A stretch of 32,000 nt of DNA from Candidatus Paracaedimonas acanthamoebae (GCA_000743035.1 CP008938.1:30001-62000), one strand, 5' to 3'. Shown: positions 24,388 through 32,000, counted from the first letter of the stretch. The notes: generated by a model not told the origin, from the letters alone. Translations and numbers: made by a program.

Positions 24388-26298
24388 TTAACCTATACTG
24401 CCAAGCTTATTAAGAGCTATCATAGTCAACTCCTCAAATTCTACTCTATTTGAAATATCAATGTATTTACCTATGTATGGCTTAAGCTCATAAACATTCT
24501 GCATAGCTTCCCTATAAACTTCACGAGAGCTTACTACTGATTTTATTTGTCTTTGTTGTATGAGAGCTAAAATCTTCTTTTCTAGGCACTTTAGGTATAC
24601 CGCCATCAATATATTAGGCTTGCTTATAATACGATCTGCAGCCTTAATAATCGATTTTGCATTTTCATCATTCTCTGGTAAACGAAACAAAAGCCTGCCA
24701 TAAGATAAATTGTCTTCACTCAAGTCTTTCAAGTCTTTTCTCTTATCTTCTGTTATTTGCATGCTCTCTTCTCTATCTTTGATTAGCTTCAATAATATAT
24801 ACAGTGTGTGTTGTGTTGGATCACCATGCGGCTCATGAAGCAGAAATGCTAGCTGCATATAAATCTCAAGAGGTTCGATATTTCCATTTGCATACATTTG
24901 GAGAAGTTTTTCTGGCATACTATCTATAACTTCTCGAGGAGTATCCGGAAGGTAAGTGCCTTTGGGTTGAGATGGCATTATTGCCTTTTCAATCCACATA
25001 AAGATAGCTTGGTTGTACCAAGCAGAATAGCGTTTTTCGCTAGTATGAAATTTAAAAGCATTTTTAAATAAAGATTCAAGATTATCCCCTTCCCGTAAAT
25101 TCATAAGCGCTAACATGGAATACATTTCACAAGCCTTTAGTGAACTATGCTTGGGTTCTGTTATATGCTTTATGTGCAGATCATTAAGACTTAAGAAATG
25201 TGGATTATGTTCATCTGGTAAGTAAGATCCTTCTAATTTCAGAATATGTCCTTTCAAGAAATCAAAAACCACCGTTTCTTTCCGTACGCGCAACGACAAT
25301 TTTTCTAATAAGTCTATCAATTCCTTCCTTGAGCATGAAAATTCTTCTTTTTCTTTCTGCTCGTTATACTGATTATACATCGTAACAAGCTTCAAGCTCA
25401 GGTCAATTACCCTATTATAGAAATAAATTTCAAAGGAATGATCTGTGGGGGGGCTTTCATTTATATCATACCATTGGTCATATCCATTCTTTTTATTTAA
25501 CCTATCAAAAATCAGCGCATATAATGCTGTATTTTTACATTTATATTTAAAATCATGTTTATATTTAAAAATTTCTCGAATTGTTTCCTTAGTTGCTTCT
25601 AAAATATTCTTTTTCTCTTCTCCGTGAAACAAATCCGGATAAGCTCTTTTAGGTGAAAGTGCACCATCTATCTCATTGTAATTCCCTCCCATATACAAGA
25701 TATAGTCAATTATCTCTAATGGTAATTCTAACTCAAATGCCTCAAGAATATCCTGCTTACTTGAATCTGCTCTTTCTTCCTCATGCGGGTTTTTTAATAG
25801 GCTAGGAAAATTTCTTTCTTCTATTGCTGCTATAACCTGAGAAATTTTTGGTTCATTGAAGAGCTCAACGCTAATATTATCTAGGCTCTGTAATAAGACT
25901 TTAACATTTACATCTTCAACGTCGCTAAGATCCTTTAAAAGTTCTTTACCTTCTTGAAAATATCTGGCAGCCCATCTGAAAGAATTTAAAGCTTTGATAA
26001 GATAGTAATCCTTTTCCCGCATAAAAGTAGTGTTATCGATAGCCATTAATGAAGAATTATCAGATTTTAAGCTTTCCCCATTATCTATTGCTTTCCTCTT
26101 TTTAGATTTTGGGGACCTTGTAGCAATTTCGCATGATAATGCTGAGGTTTGTTCTTGAGATGATTTAAGCTCCATCTCTGCTTCGGAAGAGCCATCTACC
26201 ATTGTCTTAAAAGTCTTCTTTTCTTCTTCTTCGCTTTGAGAAGCAGGGCATAAAAAGGTTATAAAAAAAGATAAGAAAATAATATTTAAATAATGCAT
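24388..26298 (-). CDS. 636-aa orphan secreted/effector-like protein
   Basis: The long, clean, AT-rich ORF has an AGGG SD. The N-terminus is a signal-like segment (MHYLNIIFLSFFITFLCPASQ) followed by an acidic stretch. A basic cluster SPKSKKRKA is encoded at nt 26089-26112, and LPLEIIDYILYM at nt 25690-25725. Confidence 0.7.
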   Translation of the reverse strand: MHYLNIIFLSFFITFLCPASQSEEEEKKTFKTMVDGSSEAEMELKSSQEQTSALSCEIATRSPKSKKRKAIDNGESLKSDNSSLMAIDNTTFMREKDYYLIKALNSFRWAARYFQEGKELLKDLSDVEDVNVKVLLQSLDNISVELFNEPKISQVIAAIEERNFPSLLKNPHEEERADSSKQDILEAFELELPLEIIDYILYMGGNYNEIDGALSPKRAYPDLFHGEEKKNILEATKETIREIFKYKHDFKYKCKNTALYALIFDRLNKKNGYDQWYDINESPPTDHSFEIYFYNRVIDLSLKLVTMYNQYNEQKEKEEFSCSRKELIDLLEKLSLRVRKETVVFDFLKGHILKLEGSYLPDEHNPHFLSLNDLHIKHITEPKHSSLKACEMYSMLALMNLREGDNLESLFKNAFKFHTSEKRYSAWYNQAIFMWIEKAIMPSQPKGTYLPDTPREVIDSMPEKLLQMYANGNIEPLEIYMQLAFLLHEPHGDPTQHTLYILLKLIKDREESMQITEDKRKDLKDLSEDNLSYGRLLFRLPENDENAKSIIKAADRIISKPNILMAVYLKCLEKKILALIQQRQIKSVVSSREVYREAMQNVYELKPYIGKYIDISNRVEFEELTMIALNKLGSIG

Positions 26299-26410
26299 TA
26301 CAAAGCCCTATGATAATTTTTAATTAAAAATAATAAATTAGCCTTATATTGATTTTGATGCAACCATGCTTATATATGTTCTTCTTACCGAGGATGATTA
26401 TTTATTTAGT

Positions 26411-26655
26411 AGGCCTAATGTGTACGTCCAGTCCTTTTTGGGACAAGATTAGTTCCTCTTATATTATTGTAGTTGTCAAATGTAGGATTCAAGCCAAGTA
26501 CGCGGTGTGAGAATTATCTCCGTATTATATGATATGATGCATAATATACGGATTTTAAAGAACTTTGAATGAATACTTCAATTATATAATCTTCTGATTT
26601 AAAATGCTTTTTTGAGATGCTATCCCAAAAAGGACTGGACGTACACATTAGGCCT
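26411..26655. repeat. Perfect 33-bp inverted repeat pair (26411-26443 and 26623-26655) enclosing a 179-bp AT-rich segment
   Basis: AGGCCTAATGTGTACGTCCAGTCCTTTTTGGGA and its exact reverse complement were read directly from the sequence. Confidence 0.9.
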
Positions 26656-26799
26656 TTAGAAAGGCTTTGAATGATTTTTGACTTACCAAAAAACAACCCC
26701 GAAAATGACCGCTTGAATTTATCGGAAAAACAAGGGGCTATAAAAGCATGGTGAAGCAAAGCCTCTCAATCATTATCGTAGGTTCTTGTGGTACCTTAC

Positions 26800-27074
26800 G
26801 TTCCTTGTATCTCTATAAGAGATCAGTATGTGAAGCTAATATACTGATAAAGGTAGAGAGAAGTCGTTACGTACCTTGTAGCTAATATACTGATAAAGGT
26901 AGAGAGAAGTCGTTACGTTCCTTGTGCCACTTGAGCACGTCATAAAGAATTAACTCTCTCTATCTATTATTGGTTTTAAAACCGAACGGTATCTTATGAC
27001 CTCAATATTGAGTGATCATGCATTTTACAAGGTTGGTTAAAAACCATGTTTATTATACTAGATGAGGTGATTTT
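26800..27074 (+). ncRNA. Candidate IS110 bridge-type guide RNA in the left non-coding arm
   Basis: The location matches where IS110-group elements encode their bridge RNA. A stem is visible: ATCAGTAT (26822-26829) pairs with ATACTGAT (26841-26848), extended by CTCT/AGAG. The leader also contains internal copies of sequences found at both proposed element ends (see findings). Confidence 0.35.
26835..26926. repeat. Tandem 46-bp direct repeat (2 units, 44/46 identical) in the IS110 5' leader
   Basis: Unit 1 (26835-26880) is GCTAATATACTGATAAAGGTAGAGAGAAGTCGTTACGTACCTTGTA. Unit 2 (26881-26926) differs at two positions. Confidence 0.9.
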
Positions 27075-28049
27075 ATGCAAACCGCTCATGTTATTGGCCT
27101 TGATATATCTAAAAAGACGTTTGATGTTTGTACTATTTTTGATGGAAAAATGAAGATTCATTCATTTTATAATAATAAAGCAGGCTATGAAGCATTCGTT
27201 TTATGGATTAAGAAATTTGATCTAATAAATCCCCATATTTGTATGGAAGCCACAGGATCTTATTCAGAAGGTGTTGCTGAATTTTTATATAGTTTCGGTT
27301 ATAAAGTCAGTATAATAAATCCGTTACAGATAAAATCCTTTAGGCTTAGTAAGATGATTCGTCAGAAAACAGATAAATCTGATTGTGAAGTCATTGCCAT
27401 GTTTTGTTTGCAAAACTGTCCATCCCTATGGAATCCAAAGAGTCGAGAAAAGAAAGAATTACATGAAATCAATGCACGAATTGATGCTCTTAAAATGGAA
27501 TTAAATAGGATAATCAATTTTCTCGAAAAAGAACTTTTAAATAAAATCGTCATAAGATCAATAAAGGAAGAAATGCAATTTACTAAAGATATGATCGAAA
27601 AATTAGAACATGAAGCTTTGAATATTATCAAGAATTCACCAGTGATGAAAAAGCAATTTGATCATCTTACAGAAATAAAGGGTGTTGGCATAAAAACAGC
27701 CGTAACAATTTTAGCAGATATGCCTGATATCAACCATTTTAAGAATGCAAAACAGTATGCTGCTTTTGTGGGGGTAACCCCCTCTCATCTTCAATCCGGA
27801 ACGTCTGTTAAAGGTAAATCCCACATCTCTAGACTTGGCTCCAAAAAAATTAGAAAAACTCTCTATATGGCCGCAGTTGTCATAAAAAACCACAATCCTC
27901 ATTTTCAATTTCTTGTAAAACGTTTGGCCAGTAAGGGTAAACCACCAAAGGTGATTATTGTGGCTATTATGAGAAAGTTACTACATATATTCTTTGGAAT
28001 TCTTAAATATAATGAATCTTTTAATCAATATAAAGCTTTTCAACCTTGA
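27075..28049 (+). CDS. IS110-family transposase/recombinase (DEDD RuvC-like N-domain plus Transposase_20 C-domain)
   Basis: The N-terminal signature is VIGLDISKKTFDVC...CMEATGSYSEGVAEFLYSFGYKVSIINPLQIKSF...KTDKSDCEVIAMF. The C-terminal signature is LTEIKGVGIKTAVTILADMPDINHFKNAKQYAAFVGVTPSHLQSGTSVKGKSHISRLGSKKIRKTLYMAA. A strong GAGGTG SD is present. Confidence 0.92.
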   Translation: MQTAHVIGLDISKKTFDVCTIFDGKMKIHSFYNNKAGYEAFVLWIKKFDLINPHICMEATGSYSEGVAEFLYSFGYKVSIINPLQIKSFRLSKMIRQKTDKSDCEVIAMFCLQNCPSLWNPKSREKKELHEINARIDALKMELNRIINFLEKELLNKIVIRSIKEEMQFTKDMIEKLEHEALNIIKNSPVMKKQFDHLTEIKGVGIKTAVTILADMPDINHFKNAKQYAAFVGVTPSHLQSGTSVKGKSHISRLGSKKIRKTLYMAAVVIKNHNPHFQFLVKRLASKGKPPKVIIVAIMRKLLHIFFGILKYNESFNQYKAFQP

Positions 28050-28238
28050 CTCCAAAGACGGTATCTTATGTAGATAGACCCTTACCTTAAGTAAAATCTA
28101 CTTAAAATGAGCAATTAAGTGAATTCTACTTATGGGTTCTTTTCAATTTTTTCCGTAGTTTGATACTAATAAGGCGCATGCCTGATTAAGAAGCATTATT
28201 AAGCTTCTCTTATTTATCTTAGATTTAAGGAGGATTAC

Positions 28239-29453
28239 ATGAAATTGAAATACTTAATGCTGCCTGTTATAACTTTTATTTATGTACACCAAGGAATGGC
28301 AAGCAATCCTTTAGAAAGTGAGCTTGAAAGAGAGGGTAATAGTGAAATTGTGGCCTATAGAACCATAAATTCCGTATTAGATGAAGAAACACTCAATTTT
28401 CAGGTTGAAACCCCTAAGTATTATTATATAAAAGCTGTCGCTCTACAAGATGAAGAACAAATGCAAGAGGCAATAGAATATTTTAAGCTAGCAGCTCACT
28501 CAGGTCATCATCGTGCTGCTTATATCTTGGCTCATTTCTATTTGGAGGGAAAATACTTAGAAAAATCTGCAGAAGAGGGAATGAAGTATCTTATTATGTC
28601 TAAAGATAGTGGAAACCTTGAAGCAAAACAGGAACTGGATTTTATTAGAAATTCAATAGATGAATTAACTGAATATTTGCCTGAATCAGGAATAATTAAA
28701 GGGTTACGTAAAGCAAGCTACGTAGCTAAAAAAGTTGAGAGTATTACTTGGTGGCTACAATGTAGTGGTACAGGTCTTTATCACTTCTTAGACATTTTAG
28801 GATATAATAGTCAAGCAAGTTTTGTAGAAAATGGGTTACGATATAACCAAATGATTAATGGTGTAAGTAAGGTAGTTTATGGTGGAAGTGATTCAATCGT
28901 TTTTGGTAGACTTGAGCCACTTTTAACTAGTGGTCTTGGTGTCATTCAACTAGGAAGTATTTATCTGCAATCAGAAACCCTAAAACAACAAAAAAAATTA
29001 GAGTTAAAAGCTCAAAAATTGAAAAATTTAAAAAAAGAAAATTCAGAAGACTATCCTTCTGAGTGGGAATCAATTTACCATGAAAAACAACAAAAGATAA
29101 AGGAAAAGAAAAAAGTATGTGATAATCAAATGATAGGTGTAAATATTGCTGAAAATATTATGGGTACAACTCTTATAGCCTGGGCAGAAAATAAAGAAAG
29201 AAATTTTCTACAAGTTTTTCTGAATAGTGCATCAAAATGCTTTAAAGTATACGGCTATCAGATTATTTCTACAATCCTCAAGGAAACTCCAATTAAAGAA
29301 GTAGCAAAAAGAAAAGTGGGTAGCATTATTGACAATATCAGGAGTAATTTTAGTGAAGCACTTAATAGTAATTCTAATCTAGATAAAGTGTTTGATAAAT
29401 TTAAAAACGAATTTTATGAGTATATTGATAGGCACGTAAGCATGGCACCTTAA
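28239..29453 (+). CDS. Secreted Sel1-like repeat (SLR) protein with an uncharacterised C-terminal two-thirds
   Basis: The SD is strong (AAGGAGG) and a signal peptide is present (MKLKYLMLPVITFIYVHQGMA). The SLR motifs are AIEYFKLAAHSGHHRAAYILAHFYLEGKYLEKSAEEGMKYLIMSKDSGNLEAKQEL. The C-terminal part has Gly-rich hydrophobic stretches and a Lys-rich coiled coil. Confidence 0.75.
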   Translation: MKLKYLMLPVITFIYVHQGMASNPLESELEREGNSEIVAYRTINSVLDEETLNFQVETPKYYYIKAVALQDEEQMQEAIEYFKLAAHSGHHRAAYILAHFYLEGKYLEKSAEEGMKYLIMSKDSGNLEAKQELDFIRNSIDELTEYLPESGIIKGLRKASYVAKKVESITWWLQCSGTGLYHFLDILGYNSQASFVENGLRYNQMINGVSKVVYGGSDSIVFGRLEPLLTSGLGVIQLGSIYLQSETLKQQKKLELKAQKLKNLKKENSEDYPSEWESIYHEKQQKIKEKKKVCDNQMIGVNIAENIMGTTLIAWAENKERNFLQVFLNSASKCFKVYGYQIISTILKETPIKEVAKRKVGSIIDNIRSNFSEALNSNSNLDKVFDKFKNEFYEYIDRHVSMAP

Positions 29454-29469
29454 AAGGAATAGTTTAGAT

Positions 29470-29493
29470 GGCACCGTCTTATATGACGGTGCC
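29470..29493. terminator. Hairpin between convergent genes (possible bidirectional terminator)
   Basis: A 9-bp perfect stem GGCACCGTC/GACGGTGCC has a 6-nt loop. The following U-tract is weak. Confidence 0.45.
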
Positions 29494-29549
29494 TATTAAA
29501 GAGTTGGACTAGAGGATTTTTATAAATATGGAAAGTGTTTATCGTAAGT

Positions 29550-32000
29550 CTAATGCTTTTTAAAAAATTCAAGCTTAGCAAGTACCCTTAATAAATGAGG
29601 GGTTTTCTCTCCATAAGAAACTTTACCTAAGGAAAGGGCCTGCTGCAAGTTCTGTTCTGCTTTTTTGAGAAGAAGGCTTGATTGCAAAGGGCCTTTCCCT
29701 TGGGCTTTTTTGCGGTATAAATCTGCTAAGAGTTCATAATCCATAAATTGCTCAGGGTGCGAACTGAGTTTAAAAATTGACAATGACCTGAACAATAAAT
29801 TTTCTGAAGTTTCAAGTTGATTTTGAGCCATATAAAGGCATGCTAAAGCCCTTAATATACGGGCTGTTTCAATATGGTGAGTCCCATAGATTCTCTCATA
29901 ATTCTTTAAGCTTTCTTGAAGATTCTTTTTTGCTAAATTTTGCCTTCCAGTTCCACAATATAAAATACCTAAATAATATTTGGCTAAAAAGATTGAGGAG
30001 TGTTGAGGTGGAAGATACTTTTGGCACTCTCCTAGAGCTTCTTTAAGCATAATTTCTGCTTCATGATAGCTTCCCATTTCTGTTAAAAGGTTTCCTATAT
30101 GAAGAGAAAACCAAGCAATATCATCATGATTATCAGGAAGATGTATTTGATGAAGCTTTTTCCCTTGTTGAAAGAGCTCTTGGGCTTTCTCATAATAGCC
30201 CAGTGCTTTATAAACTTTTCCGAGAAATCCTAAATTCCAACTAATCAGACGATAATGCTTTTTAAGAATCTTTTGAGTTTGTATATGGTAAGATTCTTCA
30301 AGAGAGTTTTTTGCAAGGAGGTAGTCTCCATTTTCTACATAAGCTTTGCCAAGCTTAATAAGGCTTGTTGAGATTCTTAAGTCATCCTTAGGCATATAGT
30401 TTTTTAAAAGAGCCACAGATTCTTTTAAATAATTAACACCATCTTTATAGTGACCTAAGTATAGACTTACATCCCCTAAATGCTCAAGTGTCCAAGAAAG
30501 CCTCATATAATGGGTGGGAAACAGTGTACGATAAATCTCTAAACCAGCTTGTACGTCACTTAAGGCAGCTTTATACTCTCCTAAACACTTTTTAACAATC
30601 CCTCTGTAGACAAGAATGTTGGCTTTCCTTAAGTCTATTTTAAGACATTCAGGCTTTATTTTTTTAGCATTTTTTAAAAGCTTGAGGCTCTTATTTAAAG
30701 TTTCAGTTGCCTTAGAATAAATGTTGAGTAAAAGGTAAAATCCTGACACCTGACACCCTAAATATCCTCTTTGCTCGTCTGTAAGCAAATTTGTGTGCTT
30801 TAAAAGGGCCTCTCCATGGTTCATTAGTTTCCTTATTTTAGCAAAATCTTCTTCGAGGACAGTGTCATAAATAAACTTCTCAAGAAACTCAGAAAGTATA
30901 TATAATCTGGGGTCATTCAAAGTTAAGTTAAGCTTTTTTAATAAATAAGCGCGCATCATTTCTTGAGTGCTGCGATGAATGGAGAATGTTGCAAGACCTT
31001 GAGATGAAGTATTATAACTAATTAAAGAATAATGGTGAAGATCTTGGATGAAAGTATTAACCAAATCTTTGCTTTTATAACCTTCAAACAAAAATTTCGG
31101 TATTGCTTGTGAATCAATGAGTGTTAAAAGGATAAGAAAATCTTTAAAATCAGGGTGCTTTTGTAGCATTTTTTCAATAGAAAGTTTAATAATACTATAG
31201 CGGGTTTGATGATAATTTTGAGATGAGGTTAAGATCTCCTTATGGCTTTGGGAAAGATTAGCTTCATCATGATAAAGAGCCCCAAGATATTCATTATAGC
31301 TTGCTTTTGTATTCTTTAAGTACTGAGCTGCAAGCGTGACATCTAGAGGAAAGGGGGGGACTTGTTCTAAAAATACTTTTAAATCTTTGCGTTCTTCTAA
31401 GGTTTGCTCCTTTGAGCTGCTGTGAACCTTTGAGAATAAGTCTTCTCTTTCTTCAGGATTTAAAGCTGGGATTTGAAGGTGAGCATTAATATAAAGGCAA
31501 TTTTGAATATTGCTGTTACGCGTTGTGAGGATCACTTTTCCAGGCCCCCATAAAGTAGCATCATAAGGAAAGTAATACTTAATGTCCGAGAATTGTTCAA
31601 CATTGTCGTAAATTAAAATCCAATGAGGGTGTTGTTTGAGGCGATGCTTGACAAAACCTACCATTTTTTCTAAGCGTTTATAATCTTCTTTAATATCTTT
31701 TATTTGTTGGAGAAAGATTTTATCTTCTTCAGTGTGAATTAAGCTCTCAGCAAGGGTTTCAAAAGAACGAGAGAGATTTTCAGGGGTTTCTGCATTGAGT
31801 TCCCACACAAGAGATTCTTTATAAATGCGGGCATAGTGGCGAGCAAGAGTTGTTTTACCCATGCCCCCCATGCCAATAAGAGCTATAGTTTGAATTCCTT
31901 TTTGGCCTTTAAGGCTTTTATGCATATGAACCATTAAAACAGGGCGCTCTAAAAAAAAAGCAGGGGTTGGAATTGGAAGTTCTGATTGAATTTCTATCTT
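29550..32000 (-). CDS. STAND NTPase: NB-ARC domain plus C-terminal TPR array. The 5' end (N-terminal domain) lies beyond the right window edge.
   Basis: Motifs present: P-loop GMGGMGKTTLA, Walker B HWILIYDNV, TTR motif GKVILTTRN and a GLPLAL-like PPFPLDVTLAAQYL. At least 8 TPR-like units follow (YYEKAQELFQQ, YHEAEIMLKEAL and others). My hand translation shows the frame stays open upstream of the track Met, to base 32000 (KIEIQSELPIPTPAFFLERPVLMVHMHK...). Confidence 0.88.
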   Translation of the reverse strand, partial: KIEIQSELPIPTPAFFLERPVLMVHMHKSLKGQKGIQTIALIGMGGMGKTTLARHYARIYKESLVWELNAETPENLSRSFETLAESLIHTEEDKIFLQQIKDIKEDYKRLEKMVGFVKHRLKQHPHWILIYDNVEQFSDIKYYFPYDATLWGPGKVILTTRNSNIQNCLYINAHLQIPALNPEEREDLFSKVHSSSKEQTLEERKDLKVFLEQVPPFPLDVTLAAQYLKNTKASYNEYLGALYHDEANLSQSHKEILTSSQNYHQTRYSIIKLSIEKMLQKHPDFKDFLILLTLIDSQAIPKFLFEGYKSKDLVNTFIQDLHHYSLISYNTSSQGLATFSIHRSTQEMMRAYLLKKLNLTLNDPRLYILSEFLEKFIYDTVLEEDFAKIRKLMNHGEALLKHTNLLTDEQRGYLGCQVSGFYLLLNIYSKATETLNKSLKLLKNAKKIKPECLKIDLRKANILVYRGIVKKCLGEYKAALSDVQAGLEIYRTLFPTHYMRLSWTLEHLGDVSLYLGHYKDGVNYLKESVALLKNYMPKDDLRISTSLIKLGKAYVENGDYLLAKNSLEESYHIQTQKILKKHYRLISWNLGFLGKVYKALGYYEKAQELFQQGKKLHQIHLPDNHDDIAWFSLHIGNLLTEMGSYHEAEIMLKEALGECQKYLPPQHSSIFLAKYYLGILYCGTGRQNLAKKNLQESLKNYERIYGTHHIETARILRALACLYMAQNQLETSENLLFRSLSIFKLSSHPEQFMDYELLADLYRKKAQGKGPLQSSLLLKKAEQNLQQALSLGKVSYGEKTPHLLRVLAKLEFFKKH

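Larger units (their letters stand above)
26792..28089 (+). mobile_element. IS110-family insertion sequence (boundaries tentative)
   Basis: The element has a single DEDD-type transposase ORF and no terminal inverted repeats, which is typical of IS110. The left non-coding arm is long (about 275 bp) and the right arm short (about 40 bp). The 7-mer TACCTTA occurs at both proposed junctions (26792-26798 and 28083-28089). Confidence 0.45.

Noticed and set aside
26514-26759. 81-aa minus-strand ORF spanning the right arm of the 33-bp inverted repeat
   Set aside because: I did not call it as a gene. It reads through a perfect repeat arm, has no convincing SD, and is low-complexity and basic. It is kept only as an observation within the inverted-repeat finding, because inversion would swap its C-terminus.
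26835-26926. Possible CRISPR array or plasmid iterons, given the 46-bp tandem repeat
   Set aside because: There are only two directly abutting units with no spacers, and no cas or rep gene nearby. The location inside the IS110 leader gives a better explanation.

Overview
This AT-rich window reads as the transfer backbone of a conjugative plasmid or ICE, followed by an accessory island. All calls come from reading the ORF translations and the DNA by eye, using motifs recalled from memory. No homology search, fold prediction or composition statistic was run.

Left to right:
- (1) A translationally coupled P-type (VirB-like) T4SS operon tail: the end of an upstream gene, a virB7-like lipoprotein missing from the ORF track, virB8, virB9 and virB10. 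Then come an unusual 778-aa secreted Ser-rich/Cys-repeat protein, virB11, a VirB1-like lytic transglycosylase and a 4-TM protein.
- (2) A visibly more AT-rich two-gene module (a 355-aa protein with an RHH-like N-terminus, plus a 131-aa protein) just upstream of a TraD/TrwB/VirD4-type coupling protein.
- (3) A 1.1-kb cargo insertion bracketed by a diverged 159-bp copy of the traA 3' end. It carries a frameshifted, secreted ORF with a PD-(D/E)xK-like motif.
- (4) A 2402-aa TraA on the minus strand that fuses a MobA/MobL relaxase, a RecD-like helicase, a long helical spacer and a Toprim primase.
- (5) An RSF1010-like oriT (hairpin plus TAAATGCGCC), then traC/traD(mobC)-like accessory genes.
- (6) A putative leading region of small nucleic-acid-binding proteins: a 77-aa orphan, a WGR protein, ProQ/FinO and an Rpn/YhgA nuclease. 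Convergent umuDC follows.
- (7) The accessory island: a 636-aa secreted orphan with NLS-like and F-box-like motifs, and a perfect 33-bp inverted repeat pair. It also holds an IS110-family element with a structured, repeat-containing 5' leader (bridge-RNA candidate) and a Sel1-repeat protein. Last is an NB-ARC/TPR STAND NTPase whose N-terminal domain lies beyond the right edge.

The best candidates for something undescribed:
- the traA-tail-bracketed cargo site
- the AT-rich RHH two-gene module
- the Cys-repeat T4SS protein
- the 33-bp IR switch-like element
- the IS110 leader RNA
- the STAND gene together with its neighbours
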